DNA from: Podarcis muralis
Taxonomy: Eukaryota
Reading direction: 5' to 3'
Assembly (NCBI RefSeq): GCF_964188315.1
Contig: NC_135667.1
Span: forward strand, 11,408,001 to 11,472,000
DNA length: 64,000 nt
In this document: one piece after another, positions 38,842-49,854 of the stretch
How positions within the stretch are numbered: the first letter of the stretch is position 1
Layout: each line of letters begins with the position of its first letter
Made by a program: the position numbers and the translations under genes
The notes under the pieces: generated by a model
The model's database searches: none
What the model saw: only the letters and a program-made list of their open reading frames with translations
Told to the model about the DNA's origin: nothing

Positions 38842-40327
38842 CCCCTAAATATATCCATATATTGCAAGCTGTTTCCCTTTTCCTTTTTCCCACTTCATAT
38901 TTATGCATCAACAGATTCCTAGTGGAAGGAGAAAAGAGTGAATTATAATATGAAATACCAGTTTTTCAATACACATATTCTACCTGTGGAATCTTGTAAA
39001 GACCTAAGACATCTGCCATGGATGTGGAGGTGTCAGAGCTAAGTCCCCCAATGACTCCTACTACATTTTTCTGAATGCCACATTTGTAGTTGGGGACAAA
39101 GTGATGTGATTTAAAGAGCAGATCCAGAGTGGTTCGGTAGGCCATCTTTGAATCAGAATAGCTATCATAGATGTGGAATCCAAGAGTGACATTGGACAGG
39201 ATCCTGGGATTCTGATTGATCTCGTCAACAGCAAACACCAAGGCCAGGATGTGTTGGTAGAACTTTCTAATCACCCTGCAAATGAAATGCCTTAATATTT
39301 TATAGGGAATTAAAAACTACACAACACTTAGATCTGGGCGATACAACTGCCTCTATTAAATCATGTTGGATATATGGAAACGGTTTGATTCCATTAGAGT
39401 TAATGTTTGGATCTTACTTCCATCTGAACCGGATTTTTTTATATGTCTGAATACATAGATTGATAAGTGATCTTCACTTAATAACATTCGTTTTTTCTAA
39501 CCATGCTGCTTTTTATCCCTAGAAACATGTACAGTTATTGAAATCATAACTACACCCTTTTGTCAGTTGTTGTCCCTAGCAAGACAAACTGGTATGAAAT
39601 GAAAATAATAGAATTGGCAGTTGTCATTTTGAAAATGAAGGGATACAGGAAGCAAGGAAGGCAGACAGACGAAGGAGGGCAAGAAGCAGAGCCTATGGCC
39701 AAGGTGAAAGTCACTGGAGGAGCACAAAAAGTGACAAAAAGCAAACCTTGACAGAGCCCACGCCTCCTTCCCAAAGCCCAGTGCCTTGCTTACCAGGATT
39801 TGAGACAGCAGTCCCATGGCTCTGTGCTCAATGCGTGGCTACTTCTCGCAGAACCCTAACGCTGCCCCTGTGACTGGGGAGGTCTAGTGAGTGATCTGTG
39901 CTTCATTGGAGGATGGAGAGATACCATGTATCTTGGAGCAGGTTATGGTGTATCCCCGCTTTCTAACTACTGCTCTGAACCATAAATGAAATAGTCTTAT
40001 AAAAATCTTACTGTTGGGTTTAATCTTCAAAGAAAACCAAGAGCAGTTTAGTCAGATATAAATGGAGAAAGAACAAATGAAATGATCTTCAGAGCTGTTT
40101 ACTTACATTGGGTTGGGAATAAAGACCTGAGATGGGTGTTCTTGGAAGGAAATGCTGGGGAATATGTAATGGATATGAGACACTATCCCACCAATGGTAA
40201 GATCACCTTGTTCATACCACTCATGTGGAATATGCACAGGATTATTTCCGCTGCAAACAACAGTGTGCACTTGGGGCACCATATTGGGAAACAGCAGGAG
40301 AAGCAGCAGCAACAACAACATCCTCAT
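28532..40327 (-). CDS. V2R gene C, complete six-exon receptor, 883 aa
   Basis: Exons 40107-40327, 38984-39275, 36464-37345, 33695-33922, 31733-31859, 28532-29433 sum to 2652 bp; all open, GT-AG. Confidence 0.95.
29827..30705 (+). mobile_element. L1 3' fragment in gene C intron 5
   Basis: 14-bp TSD ATTAGAGAATATTA, AATAAA and A tail. Confidence 0.82.
30740..31246 (+). mobile_element. Sauria SINE with local tandem duplication (deleted copy 30740-30818, near-full copy 30910-31246)
   Basis: Flank ACTGCACATACC...AATGTTTAGAATGGGAC occurs twice. Confidence 0.8.
31400..31625. mobile_element. Tigger-like MITE, paralogous to 14936-15177
   Basis: Same TIRs and site. Confidence 0.85.
31733..31859 (-). 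CDS. V2R-C exon 5
   Basis: 127 bp Cys-rich exon. Confidence 0.92.
33695..33922 (-). CDS. V2R-C exon 4
   Basis: 228 bp. Confidence 0.92.
34143..34517. mobile_element. Tc1/mariner-type MITE (CCGTATTTT TIR family)
   Basis: TIR CCGTATTTTTCCATGTATAAGACG / CGTCTTATACATGGGAAAATACGG, TA TSD; left-end stub at ~17422-17462. Confidence 0.85.
34787..35090 (-). mobile_element. tRNA-derived MIR/Ther-1-like SINE (Squam3-type) with (CTT)n tail
   Basis: Minus strand reads CAGCATGGTGTAGCAGTTAAGAGC...GGGTGACCTT (A box, CORE-like) and ends in (TTC)n. Confidence 0.7.
35170..35257 (+). mobile_element. L2 fragment in gene C intron 3 (runs into N gap)
   Basis: Homologous to 49855-49950. Confidence 0.6.
35258..35478. 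other. Assembly gap (221 N)
   Basis: N run. Confidence 1.
35990..36130 (+). mobile_element. Penelope-like element terminal fragment
   Basis: GTAGCCATGTTGGTCTG...TTAGAGACCAAC...GAGCTTT...CTTCTTCAGATAC resembles reptile Penelope pseudo-LTR sequence (from recall). Confidence 0.55.
36144..36373. mobile_element. Tigger-like MITE (left end damaged)
   Basis: Same internal sequence as 14936-15177, right TIR present. Confidence 0.75.
36464..37345 (-). CDS. V2R-C exon 3
   Basis: 882 bp open frame. Confidence 0.92.
38051..38101 (+). mobile_element. Sauria SINE 5' stub, paralogous to 4698 and 22768
   Basis: Same left flank (CCAGCTTCA), head only. Confidence 0.7.
38115..38280 (+). mobile_element. Short L1-like 3' tail fragment shared by genes C and D (also ~52700-52865)
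   Basis: Same ~165-bp sequence in intron 2 of C and D, absent in A, B and E; ends in an A/T-rich tail. Confidence 0.45.
38412..38840 (+). mobile_element. L2 3' end with (ATT)n tail, intron 2 of C
   Basis: CAATTCAAAGTGTTGGTGCTGACCTTTAAAGCC...GGAAGCTTCCCAGAGTGGCTGGGG. Confidence 0.8.
38984..39275 (-). CDS. V2R-C exon 2
   Basis: 292 bp. Confidence 0.92.
40107..40327 (-). CDS. V2R-C exon 1
   Basis: MRM-L9-F signal peptide, phase-2 donor. Confidence 0.88.
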
Positions 40328-41134
40328 CACAACTATCCTTCTACACCTGGAATCTCCTTTGCTTCTCTACAATATTGTAATTGTCATCAGCCTAACTTGA
40401 ACAGGATGTATTTTGTGACTCTGCCAATTCTGTACTTAATGGGGCAGGTATCCACCTGCTCCTTAACTTCAACACTGCCACAAAAAAGTCATTGAATGCT
40501 ATGATTTAAAATCTAACCAATACAATGAAAAGCAAAAGCTGGCCTCACCTCTCCTTAGCTTACCTTAGCTCTCTATGGAACACCGGGGTGCTTTTAATCA
40601 TTTCAGATTTAATTATTTTTTCTTATTTCCCATTCAGCCTTCTGGAGCTTTTCCAGGTGAATTGATTACCATAATTTTAATAATTATAGAGAAGATAATT
40701 ACTTTTGCAATGTTGTTGGACTCTGTGTTGCATCACCAGTAGGAGAACGGCCAGAGTAAACATATTTATCACACCGCAGAATCAAAAGTTAGGAAGAAAC
40801 CTCCAAGGTCATCTTGTCCTATCTACTTGCTATTGCAGGACATCCAGAACTTAAAAACAAACCAAGAAAAAGAAAAACATTCTACCTGTAGACAGGCATC
40901 CATATTTCACCTAAAAACTCCTCTATCAAGGCTGGCCTCACCTCTCTTCCTTTACCGTAGGTGTCTATGGAAAACCGGGTTACTTTTAATCATTTCATTC
41001 CCCCCCCCCTTTTTCCCCATTCTGCTTTTCTGGAGCTTTTCCAGGTGTATTAATTATAATAATTATAATAATTACGGAAGAGATAATCACTTTTGCAATG
41101 TTGTTGGACTCTGTGTTGCATAACCAGTAAGAGT

Positions 41135-41456
41135 GTAGAGGGTGCAAAACACAACACAGATAATTACAAAATTGTATTATTTGCAGATTATATTCTTTTA
41201 TTTATTACAAAACCAGAAGATACAATTCCAAAAATTATGGAGATAATAAAACCTTTGGCAGAATATCAGGATATTCTATAAATTGGACAAAATCAGAGAT
41301 TTTACCAATTGGGCCAAGGTGTAGTCATAGGTATATCAGTACTCAAATCTGAATTGTTAAATTGTGTTATTAGTGTTATTGTAGTTTTTGTTGTATGTGT
41401 TTTTTGTGGTTGTTCTTTGTGTTGAAAAAATGATTAAATAAATTTTTTTTAAAAAA
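41135..41456 (+). mobile_element. Internally deleted L1 (RT-core snippet fused to 3' UTR and poly-A)
   Basis: KIVLFADYILLFITKP resembles the L1 RT (F/Y)ADD region; followed by GT-rich UTR and A tail. Confidence 0.6.
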
Positions 41457-41484
41457 GGTATGAGTGTAGAAATCCAAGCATATC

Positions 41485-42699
41485 GACTTCCTGTTTCCGG
41501 CGGTGGGAAATGGTGAACTCCCACATGATCGGACTCCAGTCGTTCCGATAATTCAGGGCTAATATGGGGGTAATTAGCCCTGGAGCCTCCCCAGGGCAGG
41601 GGAGGGCTGTCTCGACGACCCGCTGTTTGCCCCAGATTGCCGATGTGGTAGGCGGCAGGGTCACTGGGTCATGGAGCAAGGGACGGACTGATACTCCTGC
41701 AATGCCACCCCATAGCCGGATGCATCTGTTTGGGAAAATATAAAGATTTGAAAAACAAACAGACACGCTCTGAACTGACGAAGCTGGAAAAAAACCTGCA
41801 GTATGTACAGTGTCTGGTGTAAAAGATTGAACTTCAAAGAGATCCTCATCATGATGTTTGGAATCTGGAGGGGCTTGATTTGAAATGCCTGTTAAAGACG
41901 AAAATAAAGAACAAAATGGCGCCTACTACGCAGTTATGGAATATCTGAAATACCTCCCTGATTAAGAGAAACAGGAGCTAAGCGATGGCTGGTTATAACG
42001 ATTGAAGACAATATTAAATATGCAACTGTTTGCAAAAAGAATTTTTTTCATTATGAGTGAGAGAAAAGGCTAAATGGATGTCTAACAGCCCCCCTCCAGG
42101 ACCTGGAGGGGGGACTCGGTGGATTCCAAAGGCTAATTGATCGTCATGTCTGATATATGGCTACATAGCAAGCAGTTTGCTTAAGAATAAATCAACAAGG
42201 AGTCTTTGAAGGAGGTTTCCCCCCCGTTTCTCTGATAACAGCTGGACGGGAAAGACTAACGATTTGGGAGTTGCCAAAACAATCATCTTTAAAGAGCTGG
42301 ACAGAAGCCTGGAATGGAGGCAATTAGATGAATTAGATGAAGCGGCGTGATCGAAAAACAAAAACAGTTGAAAGAGTACAACACACTGGCAAATCTGCAC
42401 TCCATGAGAAAAAAAGCATTTATCTTCTGATATGATTGAGGGTCACAGAGCCAGAGACAAACATGGAGGATAAAATCACAATACGGAATTATGAAAACAT
42501 TGATGACAAGATGCAGGACTATGATGTTGAAAACACATTGGAAATCAGACCATGGGAAGTCAAAAAAAATTAAGATTACAATTTGGAAGACAATTGGACT
42601 TTTGTATTTTAGTTTTTTATTTTTATTGGATTGATTTGATATGTTAATTAGATGTTCTTATTGGAAAAGTAATAAACACTTTAAAAGGGGGGGGGGGGG
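41485..42699 (+). mobile_element. 1.2-kb non-coding retroelement with L1-type hallmarks (second family)
   Basis: 17-bp TSD AGAAATCCAAGC(A/T)TATC (41468-41484, 42700-42716), starts GACTTCC, AATAAA at 42671, A4G13 tail; empty site at ~27330. Confidence 0.75.
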
Positions 42700-43745
42700 A
42701 GAAATCCAAGCTTATCCTGAGAGTTATCAAATTGGCTAGAGGTGTCTTTTTGTGTGTAGAATTTCTAGTGGAGTGCACATGTGATTTTCACTTTGGAGCA
42801 CTTTTAAATGTTCTGCTTCAACATATTATGAAGAATGTAAATGAATACATACATACTTGTAGGGGCTTCAAAATGGATCACACGAAACATGACCCATGGT
42901 TTAAGAGAACTACTGTTGCCATGAAATTGTCACTTTCCATTCATTTCTGAAAATAATCAGTACATGTCGGGGAATGGTTGGGTTGATAATGAACATAGAG
43001 TCATTTCTTGATTGGCTTCCTTGAGGTGTGATGACACAAGCTGCAAACTGAATCTTGAGAGTGGCAGTGGGCAAGAAATCTTTGGTTGTTTCTACTGGAT
43101 TCTTACCTTGTTCTTCATCCTTATCTAAAAATAAAGTGAGTATCTTTATTGCCTGACTCCCTCCATTTACCTAGCCTTACTTTGTGAAGTTTGGTTGCTA
43201 GTGCAGTTAGGCATGTAGTGAAGACAAAGTATCTCGGATCCAACCTGTTGCAATTCATGGCTGTCTCACATGAACTTGATAGATGCCCAGCTCACCCAAA
43301 ATAGGGACAATTTGGCTCAGGGCATGGTCAAATCTCGTGCACAGCCCTGCTAGATAGACTAATGGAATCAGCAAAAGGCAGCTTCTCAAGTTTTTGCACT
43401 GCTTTTCTTCTCTTCACTCTGCGCCCCATCATCTCCTCAGGAGAGGTTCAGGGCCTCTTGGGAAGATATGGGAGGTCAACCCTTTGGATGCAGGAGAAGA
43501 AGAGTAGGAGACGAGTAGGGTTTCAAGCTGTTTGAGTTCATCTATAGTTTCTTTCATACACACAATCCCAGTTCATTTACACCGCACAAGCAACCACGCT
43601 GGATTTCAAGACCATAATTGATAAGAGAATCTCTTCTGTTATTTTGATCGTTCCAGGTAACTTCCTTTCCTAAAAATTACAGTGAAATTACCATGCCAAC
43701 AAGTCTACAGAGTGTAAATACAGAAATGACAGACTATACTGTTAT

Positions 43746-44647
43746 TTACATCTTTCTCCGTATCAGCTGCTCTCTGTTATTCAGCTCAGGCCTCACCACA
43801 ATAATGTAGCATTTAGGGGAAAAGATGCAACCCAGCAGCCCAGCACTGGAAGCCAAGATGGAGAAGATCTCCACAGCCACCATGTATTTTCCTCTGGTGC
43901 TCAAGTATGTAGGAATAAAGGTGAACCAAACACTGCAGAAGACCAGCATGCTGAAGGTGATGAACTTGGCTTCATTGAAGCTGTCTGGCAACTTCCTGGC
44001 TAAGAAGGCCACAGTGAAGCTGATAATGGCCAGGAAGCCCATGTAGCCTAAAACACCATAGAACATGAGAACTGACCCCTCATTACATAAGAATATAATT
44101 TCTTCACTGCTTGAGTGCATGTCCACATCTGGGAATGGGGCAGAGGTTGCCAGCCAGAAGGCACAGATTCCCACTTGAATCACAGAGCAGGAAAGGACAA
44201 TGGAATAAGCCAGTTTTTTGCCTACCCACTTCCTGATTGTGGAATCTGGCTTGGTAGCCATGAATGCCAAAACCACTGAAATAGTCTTGGCCAAGATGCT
44301 AGAGAGGGCCACAGAGAAGACAATGCCAAAAGCCGTTTGTCGGAGTGGGCAGGTTGCCTTATTAGGCATTCCAATGAACATCAAGGAGCACAGGAAACAC
44401 AAGAGGAGGGAGATGAGGAGAATGTAAGTGAGGCTTCTGTTATTGGCTTTGACAATGGCTGTGTCCCGGTGCTTAATGAAAATGCCAAGTACCATAGCTG
44501 TGATCAGAGAGAATAAAAGTGCAGAAAAAGTTGAAACAATGGCTAAGGTTTCACCAAAGGCTAGAACGTTAGGTTTCTTGGGAATGCACTCATTCTGCTC
44601 TTGATTTGGATATTGATGCGAAGGACATCTGGCACAGATTTCCAACC
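43746..44647 (-). CDS. V2R-D exon 6 (7TM)
   Basis: 902 bp. Confidence 0.88.
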
Positions 44648-45269
44648 CTGAAAAAAGGTGGTATGACAATTGAAAATCATCCAGAATATGCTTATGAGAG
44701 TTTTTTTTAAAAAAGTCCTCTTACCATTGTGTTTTCGTGAGGAAAAGTTTCAAAACTTCTATTTGAAATGCTTCTGGCCTAGAAGCTTTGAAGATAAAGT
44801 CTCCAAAGAACCTTGTTCTTAGAGAAAACGCCACCAATTATTTTCCATCCTCCCTCCCCCAAAACCTTGGTTTCTTTCAGGGCAGAATGCATGTACAAAT
44901 ATTATGTCTTGGTGCATCAAAACAGACCTGGTGGACCTACACTCATGGTTTCTAACTTTAAAATATGTTATTAAAATGTGGCAACACAGAAGTGAACCCC
45001 TGGCAATTGGAAACTTAATCAAACATTATAAAACATTATATGCAATAATGTTTAGAAGATCAATGTACATAGATACAGTGTTGGAAAATTATAGATTAAT
45101 CTCAGTTCCTTCACTCTTGAAGGTTAAGATAATTTATTCATAATTTATTGATAGCATTTACTCAGAATGAAGATTATTCTACTATTGTTACTATACAGAG
45201 CAAACCCCATTGCCAATTTGCTCATAATATGCTAAAATAGCTTGAATATGGTGATATGGCATCTCTCAC

Positions 45270-45396
45270 CCTTCTCATTTGAGAACATCCCATGAGGACA
45301 TGGATCACAATCATAACAACAGAACTTCTTCCCCTCCTTCTTTTTCTTCTCATAACCAGGAAGGCAGTTGGCATTACATAAGGAAAGGGGTGGCAC
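45270..45396 (-). CDS. V2R-D exon 5
   Basis: 127 bp Cys-rich exon. Confidence 0.85.
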
Positions 45397-46134
45397 CTAC
45401 CCAAAGATACGTGAAGAGGTCAATATTAAGAAAATGTTTTAGGGGATTCATCTAATATCAGGTGATCTCCCATTAATAGTAGGATCCATATGTGCCCAGG
45501 TGGCACAAATAGTGGGAGAAAATGTTACAGTTTGAAGCATCATGGAAACACAAGCAGATTATAATGTTCATACCTAGATTGACCATTCATGCAACCATCA
45601 GATATTGTGATCTAATACTACTACTGGCTATTTCTTTTGATCGAACTACATCCTCATGCCCTTTGCTGCAGGAATTTCACTTGATGTCCCCTTAGTCAAC
45701 TTCAGGGAGTTGGCGTTTGGAGTTAGTGAAATATTGTAGTTCTGCTCCTATTTGGATGCTCCCTACCACTTATACCATTGGAATATGGTGAAGATGAAGT
45801 GAAGATGGTGGGCAGATGTATTGGGGTGGTGATGGACTGGCTTTAGAAAACCAACTTCATGAAATGGAGGGAACTGCAATACAATGCGCACATAAAATAA
45901 ATTGGAACTTTTTGTTCTCTACAAAAACAATTCATAAAGTCTGGTGTCATTTTTCAAAAATGAATATTTCCAACATTTCCCTCCCTATGTCTTATTTTTT
46001 AATATATGATTTTTTAGGCAACTACTTCTGAAAAGTTATGGATGAAGGAATTGGAAAAATATGTCGAACTATAGCAGCAAAGATCTTTTTAATACTCTCA
46101 ATATATGCAAAATAACCTCTTCATCCTTCATATA

Positions 46135-47962
46135 CAGTGGTGCCTCGCAAGACGAAATTAATTCGTTCCGCAAGTTTTTTCTTCTTGCGAGTTTTTCGTC
46201 TTGCGAAGCACGGTTTCCCATAGGAATGCATTGAAAATCAATTAATGCGTTCCTAGGGAAACCGCTTGCCAGGCTGGCGGTGCGGAGAAGGGCTTTTCTC
46301 CCCACCGCAAGCCTTCAGCACAGGTACGGGAACAGAGGGGAAGGCACGCAGCGCTTTCCCTCTGTTCCCGGGGCTTGCGTGGGAGGAGGGTTTTTCCTCC
46401 CCACCGCCAACATTCAGAACAGCATTCTGAATGTTGGCGGTGGGAAGGAAAACCCTTCTCCCACCCCAAGTCTTCAGGACAGCCATCCGAAGGCTGGCGC
46501 GGGGAGAAGGTCTCTCCGCCCCCCCCCCACGCCAGGCTTCGGTGCATCCTTCAGAGGCTGCTGCCATAGTCACGCGTCACTTCTCCAGCTGGGAGAGGGT
46601 CGCGGGGCTATGGCTTCTTTAGCCCCGCGCGCGCTCTCCCGGCTGGAGAGGTGACGCTCGGCTATGGAGGCTCCTGCCATAGGCGCGCGTCACCTGGGAG
46701 AGGGTCGCGGGGGGCTGCTTTAGCCCCGCGCGCGCTCTCCCGGCTGGAGAGGTGACGGGCGCCTATGGAGGTTCCTGCCATAGGCGCGCGTCACTTCTCC
46801 AGCTGGGAGAGGGTCGCGGGGGGCTGGTTTAGCCCCGCGCGCGCTCTCCCGGCTGGAGAGGTGACGGGCGCCTATGGAGGCTCCTGCCATAGGCACGCGT
46901 CACTTCTCCAGCTGGGAGAGGGTCGCGGGGGGCTGGTTTAGCCCCCCGCGCGCTCTCCCGGCTGGAGAGGTGACGGGCACCTATGGAGGTTCCTGCCATA
47001 GGCGTGCGTCACATCTCCAGCTGGGAGAGGGTCGCGGGGGGCTGGTTTAGCCCCGCACGCGCTCTCCCGGCTAGAGAGGTGACGGGCGCCTATGGAGGCT
47101 CCTGCCATAGGCGCGCGTCACTTCTGCAGCCGGGAGAGGGTCGCGGGGGGCTGGTTTAGCCCCGCGCGCGCTCTCCCGGCTGGAGAGGTGACGGGCGCCT
47201 ATGGAGGTTCCTGCCATAGGCGCGCGTCACTTCTGCAGCCGGGAGAGGGTCGCGGGGGGCTGGTTTAGCCCCGCGCGCGCTCTCCCGGCTGGAGAGGTGA
47301 CGGGCGCCTATGGAGGCTCCTGCCATAGGCGCGCGTCACTTCTCCAGCTGGGAGAGGGTCGCGGGGGGCTGGTTTAGCCCCGTGCGCGCTCTCCCGGCTG
47401 GAGAGGTGACGGGCGCCTATGGAGGTTCCTGCCATAGGCGCGCGTCACATCTCCAGCCGGGAGAGGGTCGCGGGGGGTTTCTTTAGCCCCGCGTGCGCTC
47501 TCCCGGCTGGAGAGGTGACGGGCGCCTATGGAGGCTCCTGCCATAGGCGCGCGTCACTTCTCCAGCCGGGAGAGGGTCGCGGGGGGCTGGTTTAGCCCCG
47601 CGACCCTCTCCCGGCTGGAGAGGTGACGGGCGCCTATGGAGGCTCCTGCCATAGGCGCGCGTCACTTCTCCAGCCGGGAGAGGGTCGCGGGGGGCTGGTT
47701 TAGCCCCGCGTGCGCTCTCCCGGCTGGAGAGGTGACGGGCGCCTATGGAGGTTGCTTCGCCGCCAGGCTTCGGAGGAGGTCCGAGGACAGTGGGGAAGAC
47801 GCGCTGCGCTTCCCCGCTGTCCCGGAGATTTCCCTATGGGCTTTCGTCTTGCGAAGCAAGCCCATAGGGAAATTCGTTTTGCGAAGCGCCTCCAAAACGG
47901 AAAACCCTTTCATCTAGCAGGTTTTCCGTCTTGCGAGGCGTTCGTCTTGCGGGGTACCACTG
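46135..47962. mobile_element. 1.83-kb Tigger-like non-autonomous DNA transposon carrying an internal minisatellite
   Basis: TIR CAGTGGTGCCTCGCAAGACG / CGTCTTGCGGGGTACCACTG, TA TSD; empty site CTTCATATACAAGG in C (~32600) and E (~57637). Confidence 0.88.
46572..47750. repeat. GC/CpG-rich tandem array, 109-bp unit, about 11 copies
   Basis: TCACTTCTCC recurs at 46791 and 46900 and onward; the unit is two hairpins. Confidence 0.92.
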
Positions 47963-48119
47963 TACAAGCAAATGGGAATGGGAGTTAGCAAATATTGGGT
48001 TAACAATCCTGAAAGCAAAATGGATGTGGGCATTAAAATATTCCAGAAATGTTTATTAGTGTGAACCTGAAAGAGAACTATCTTAAGTCAATATTGCAAT
48101 GCTACTTAACTTTACACAG

Positions 48120-48122
48120 AAT

Positions 48123-48169
<47 letters not shown>

Positions 48170-48172
48170 TTT
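48120..48172. repeat. (ATTT)n microsatellite
   Basis: Direct reading. Confidence 0.95.
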
Positions 48173-48629
48173 GACAGAAACAGGCATTGTTTGAGGTACA
48201 ATGGATTTAAGACAGAGCTAATAAATATATTTTGAAATTTAACATAATAATGCCATTCTAGACTGATGCACTGAAGGTTTCTCCTTCGTAAGTCAGCTGT
48301 GGTTGAGCTTTTCCCTGTGATGTTTTCCTTTACCAATATATATTCGCAAAGCTGGAGCAATTATGTTGCTACACTTAGTTCCAGTAAAACTGAGATCTGC
48401 TTGTGAGGATACTGATGCCTTCAATGCAGATGTGTACCTAGGCTCCCCTGTGCCCTTGGCAAGGAGATATATCAGTGCCTCCAAAGTCATGAGGGATCAT
48501 GGAACAGAAAATTGAAAAGTTTCCATCTTGTCACCAAAACTTTTTCCTTGGCCATCAGTTCTGCCTCATGCCCTCTTTGGTCTGTCTGTCTGCCTGCCTT
48601 CCTTCCTGCATCCACCCTTCACCCATCAC

Positions 48630-48700
48630 CTTCCTTCCTTCCTTCCTTCCTTCCTTCCTTCCTTCCTTCCTTCCTTCCTTCCTTCCTTCCTTCCTTCCTT
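48630..48700. repeat. (CCTT)n microsatellite (paralogs ~33005-33030 and ~58670-58712)
   Basis: Direct reading. Confidence 0.95.
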
Positions 48701-49333
48701 CTCTTCCCACTCTCAATCTCCCTCTCTTTTCTTCCATCCAAGCCCTGCTTGGCGCTCTGTTCAAATTTATAATAGTGCCAGAGGCCCACCGGAGATGCGG
48801 AACCACACAGCTGCTCTGATGGCCAATGCCAGCAGCTGGATAAACCCACCAAGAAACTGAGATGAGCCTGTATGCCTTGCCCAGCAACCCATGAAGCCTA
48901 TGGAGAACATGAATGGACCACTGGGCTCCTAGCATGATTTTTGGGGAGGGTCCCCATGGGCCTGGGCCCATGGCAGGGGTCAACCTGACAAACACCTCCT
49001 TACACCCCTGCCTCTATCATTCCAACTCAACAATAGTGCCGCAAGCGGTATCAAAAAAAACTATCTCATTCTATCTCATGCTACTAACTGGAGAGCTGCC
49101 TTGGACAAACAAGCATGTTGGACATGTTGTCTGATAGCCATTGGTCCTTCTTGGTGTGACATGTCTTCTGTGCATATTGCTCTTTTTATGGTGTGGTTCA
49201 TTTGTTTAGTTATAAAAAGAACTATTAGTAGCAGCATTATTAATAGTGGCAGCAGAAGTTGGGCAGCACTTCCCTTTTCACCTCATGTGGCAAAATTACA
49301 CGCTCTCCCACTTGTGTGCAGTGATTTCCTTAC

Positions 49334-49561
49334 CTGAGTGAAGTCTCTGTGCCATTGGATTCTGTCCCCGTTAATGGTGAGCTCTTTGCCAGCAGAGGCC
49401 TGGGGATCCAGCCTTCCGACTTTGACCCTGATATATGAATTATTTGGGAAAGTGACCAGGTTTGTAATATCAAAGCCAGCTGCTAATTCTCCATGTTCAT
49501 TTAATGTGATTTCATCCCCAGCACTGTTGTTGAATGAGATCCTCTGCAGCAATGAGTGGAG
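49334..49561 (-). CDS. V2R-D exon 4
   Basis: 228 bp. Confidence 0.85.
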
Positions 49562-49854
49562 CTAGGTGGAAAGAGAATCGGAAGAAATAGAAAATATTGT
49601 AATTGACTTATAATGATAAATAGCTTTCCTAGAAGGATTTAAGTTATTTTCCTCCAGGAGTTCACCACTTCAATTAGCAATGGAGAGAATCCAAATTTTA
49701 GTAGGGGATACAGGAAGAGAGGGATATCATGAATTAGCATAAACTCAGCAGCCAAGAGACCTCCAGGAAGATACATAATGGAGGCATAAACCTTTAGGCC
49801 TGCTAATTTCAGATCACCCTTTGTAAATTATTAAGAAATGGAAAGGATTTGAGT

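Noticed and set aside
46572-47750. Regular palindromic repeat array that might be read as CRISPR
   Set aside because: Units are contiguous near-identical 109-mers with no unique spacers, there are no cas genes, and the context is eukaryotic.
48499-48995. Several 80-150 aa ORFs over (CCTT)n, also at 58463-58966
   Set aside because: Microsatellite-derived low-complexity translations (PSFL/EGRK repeats).
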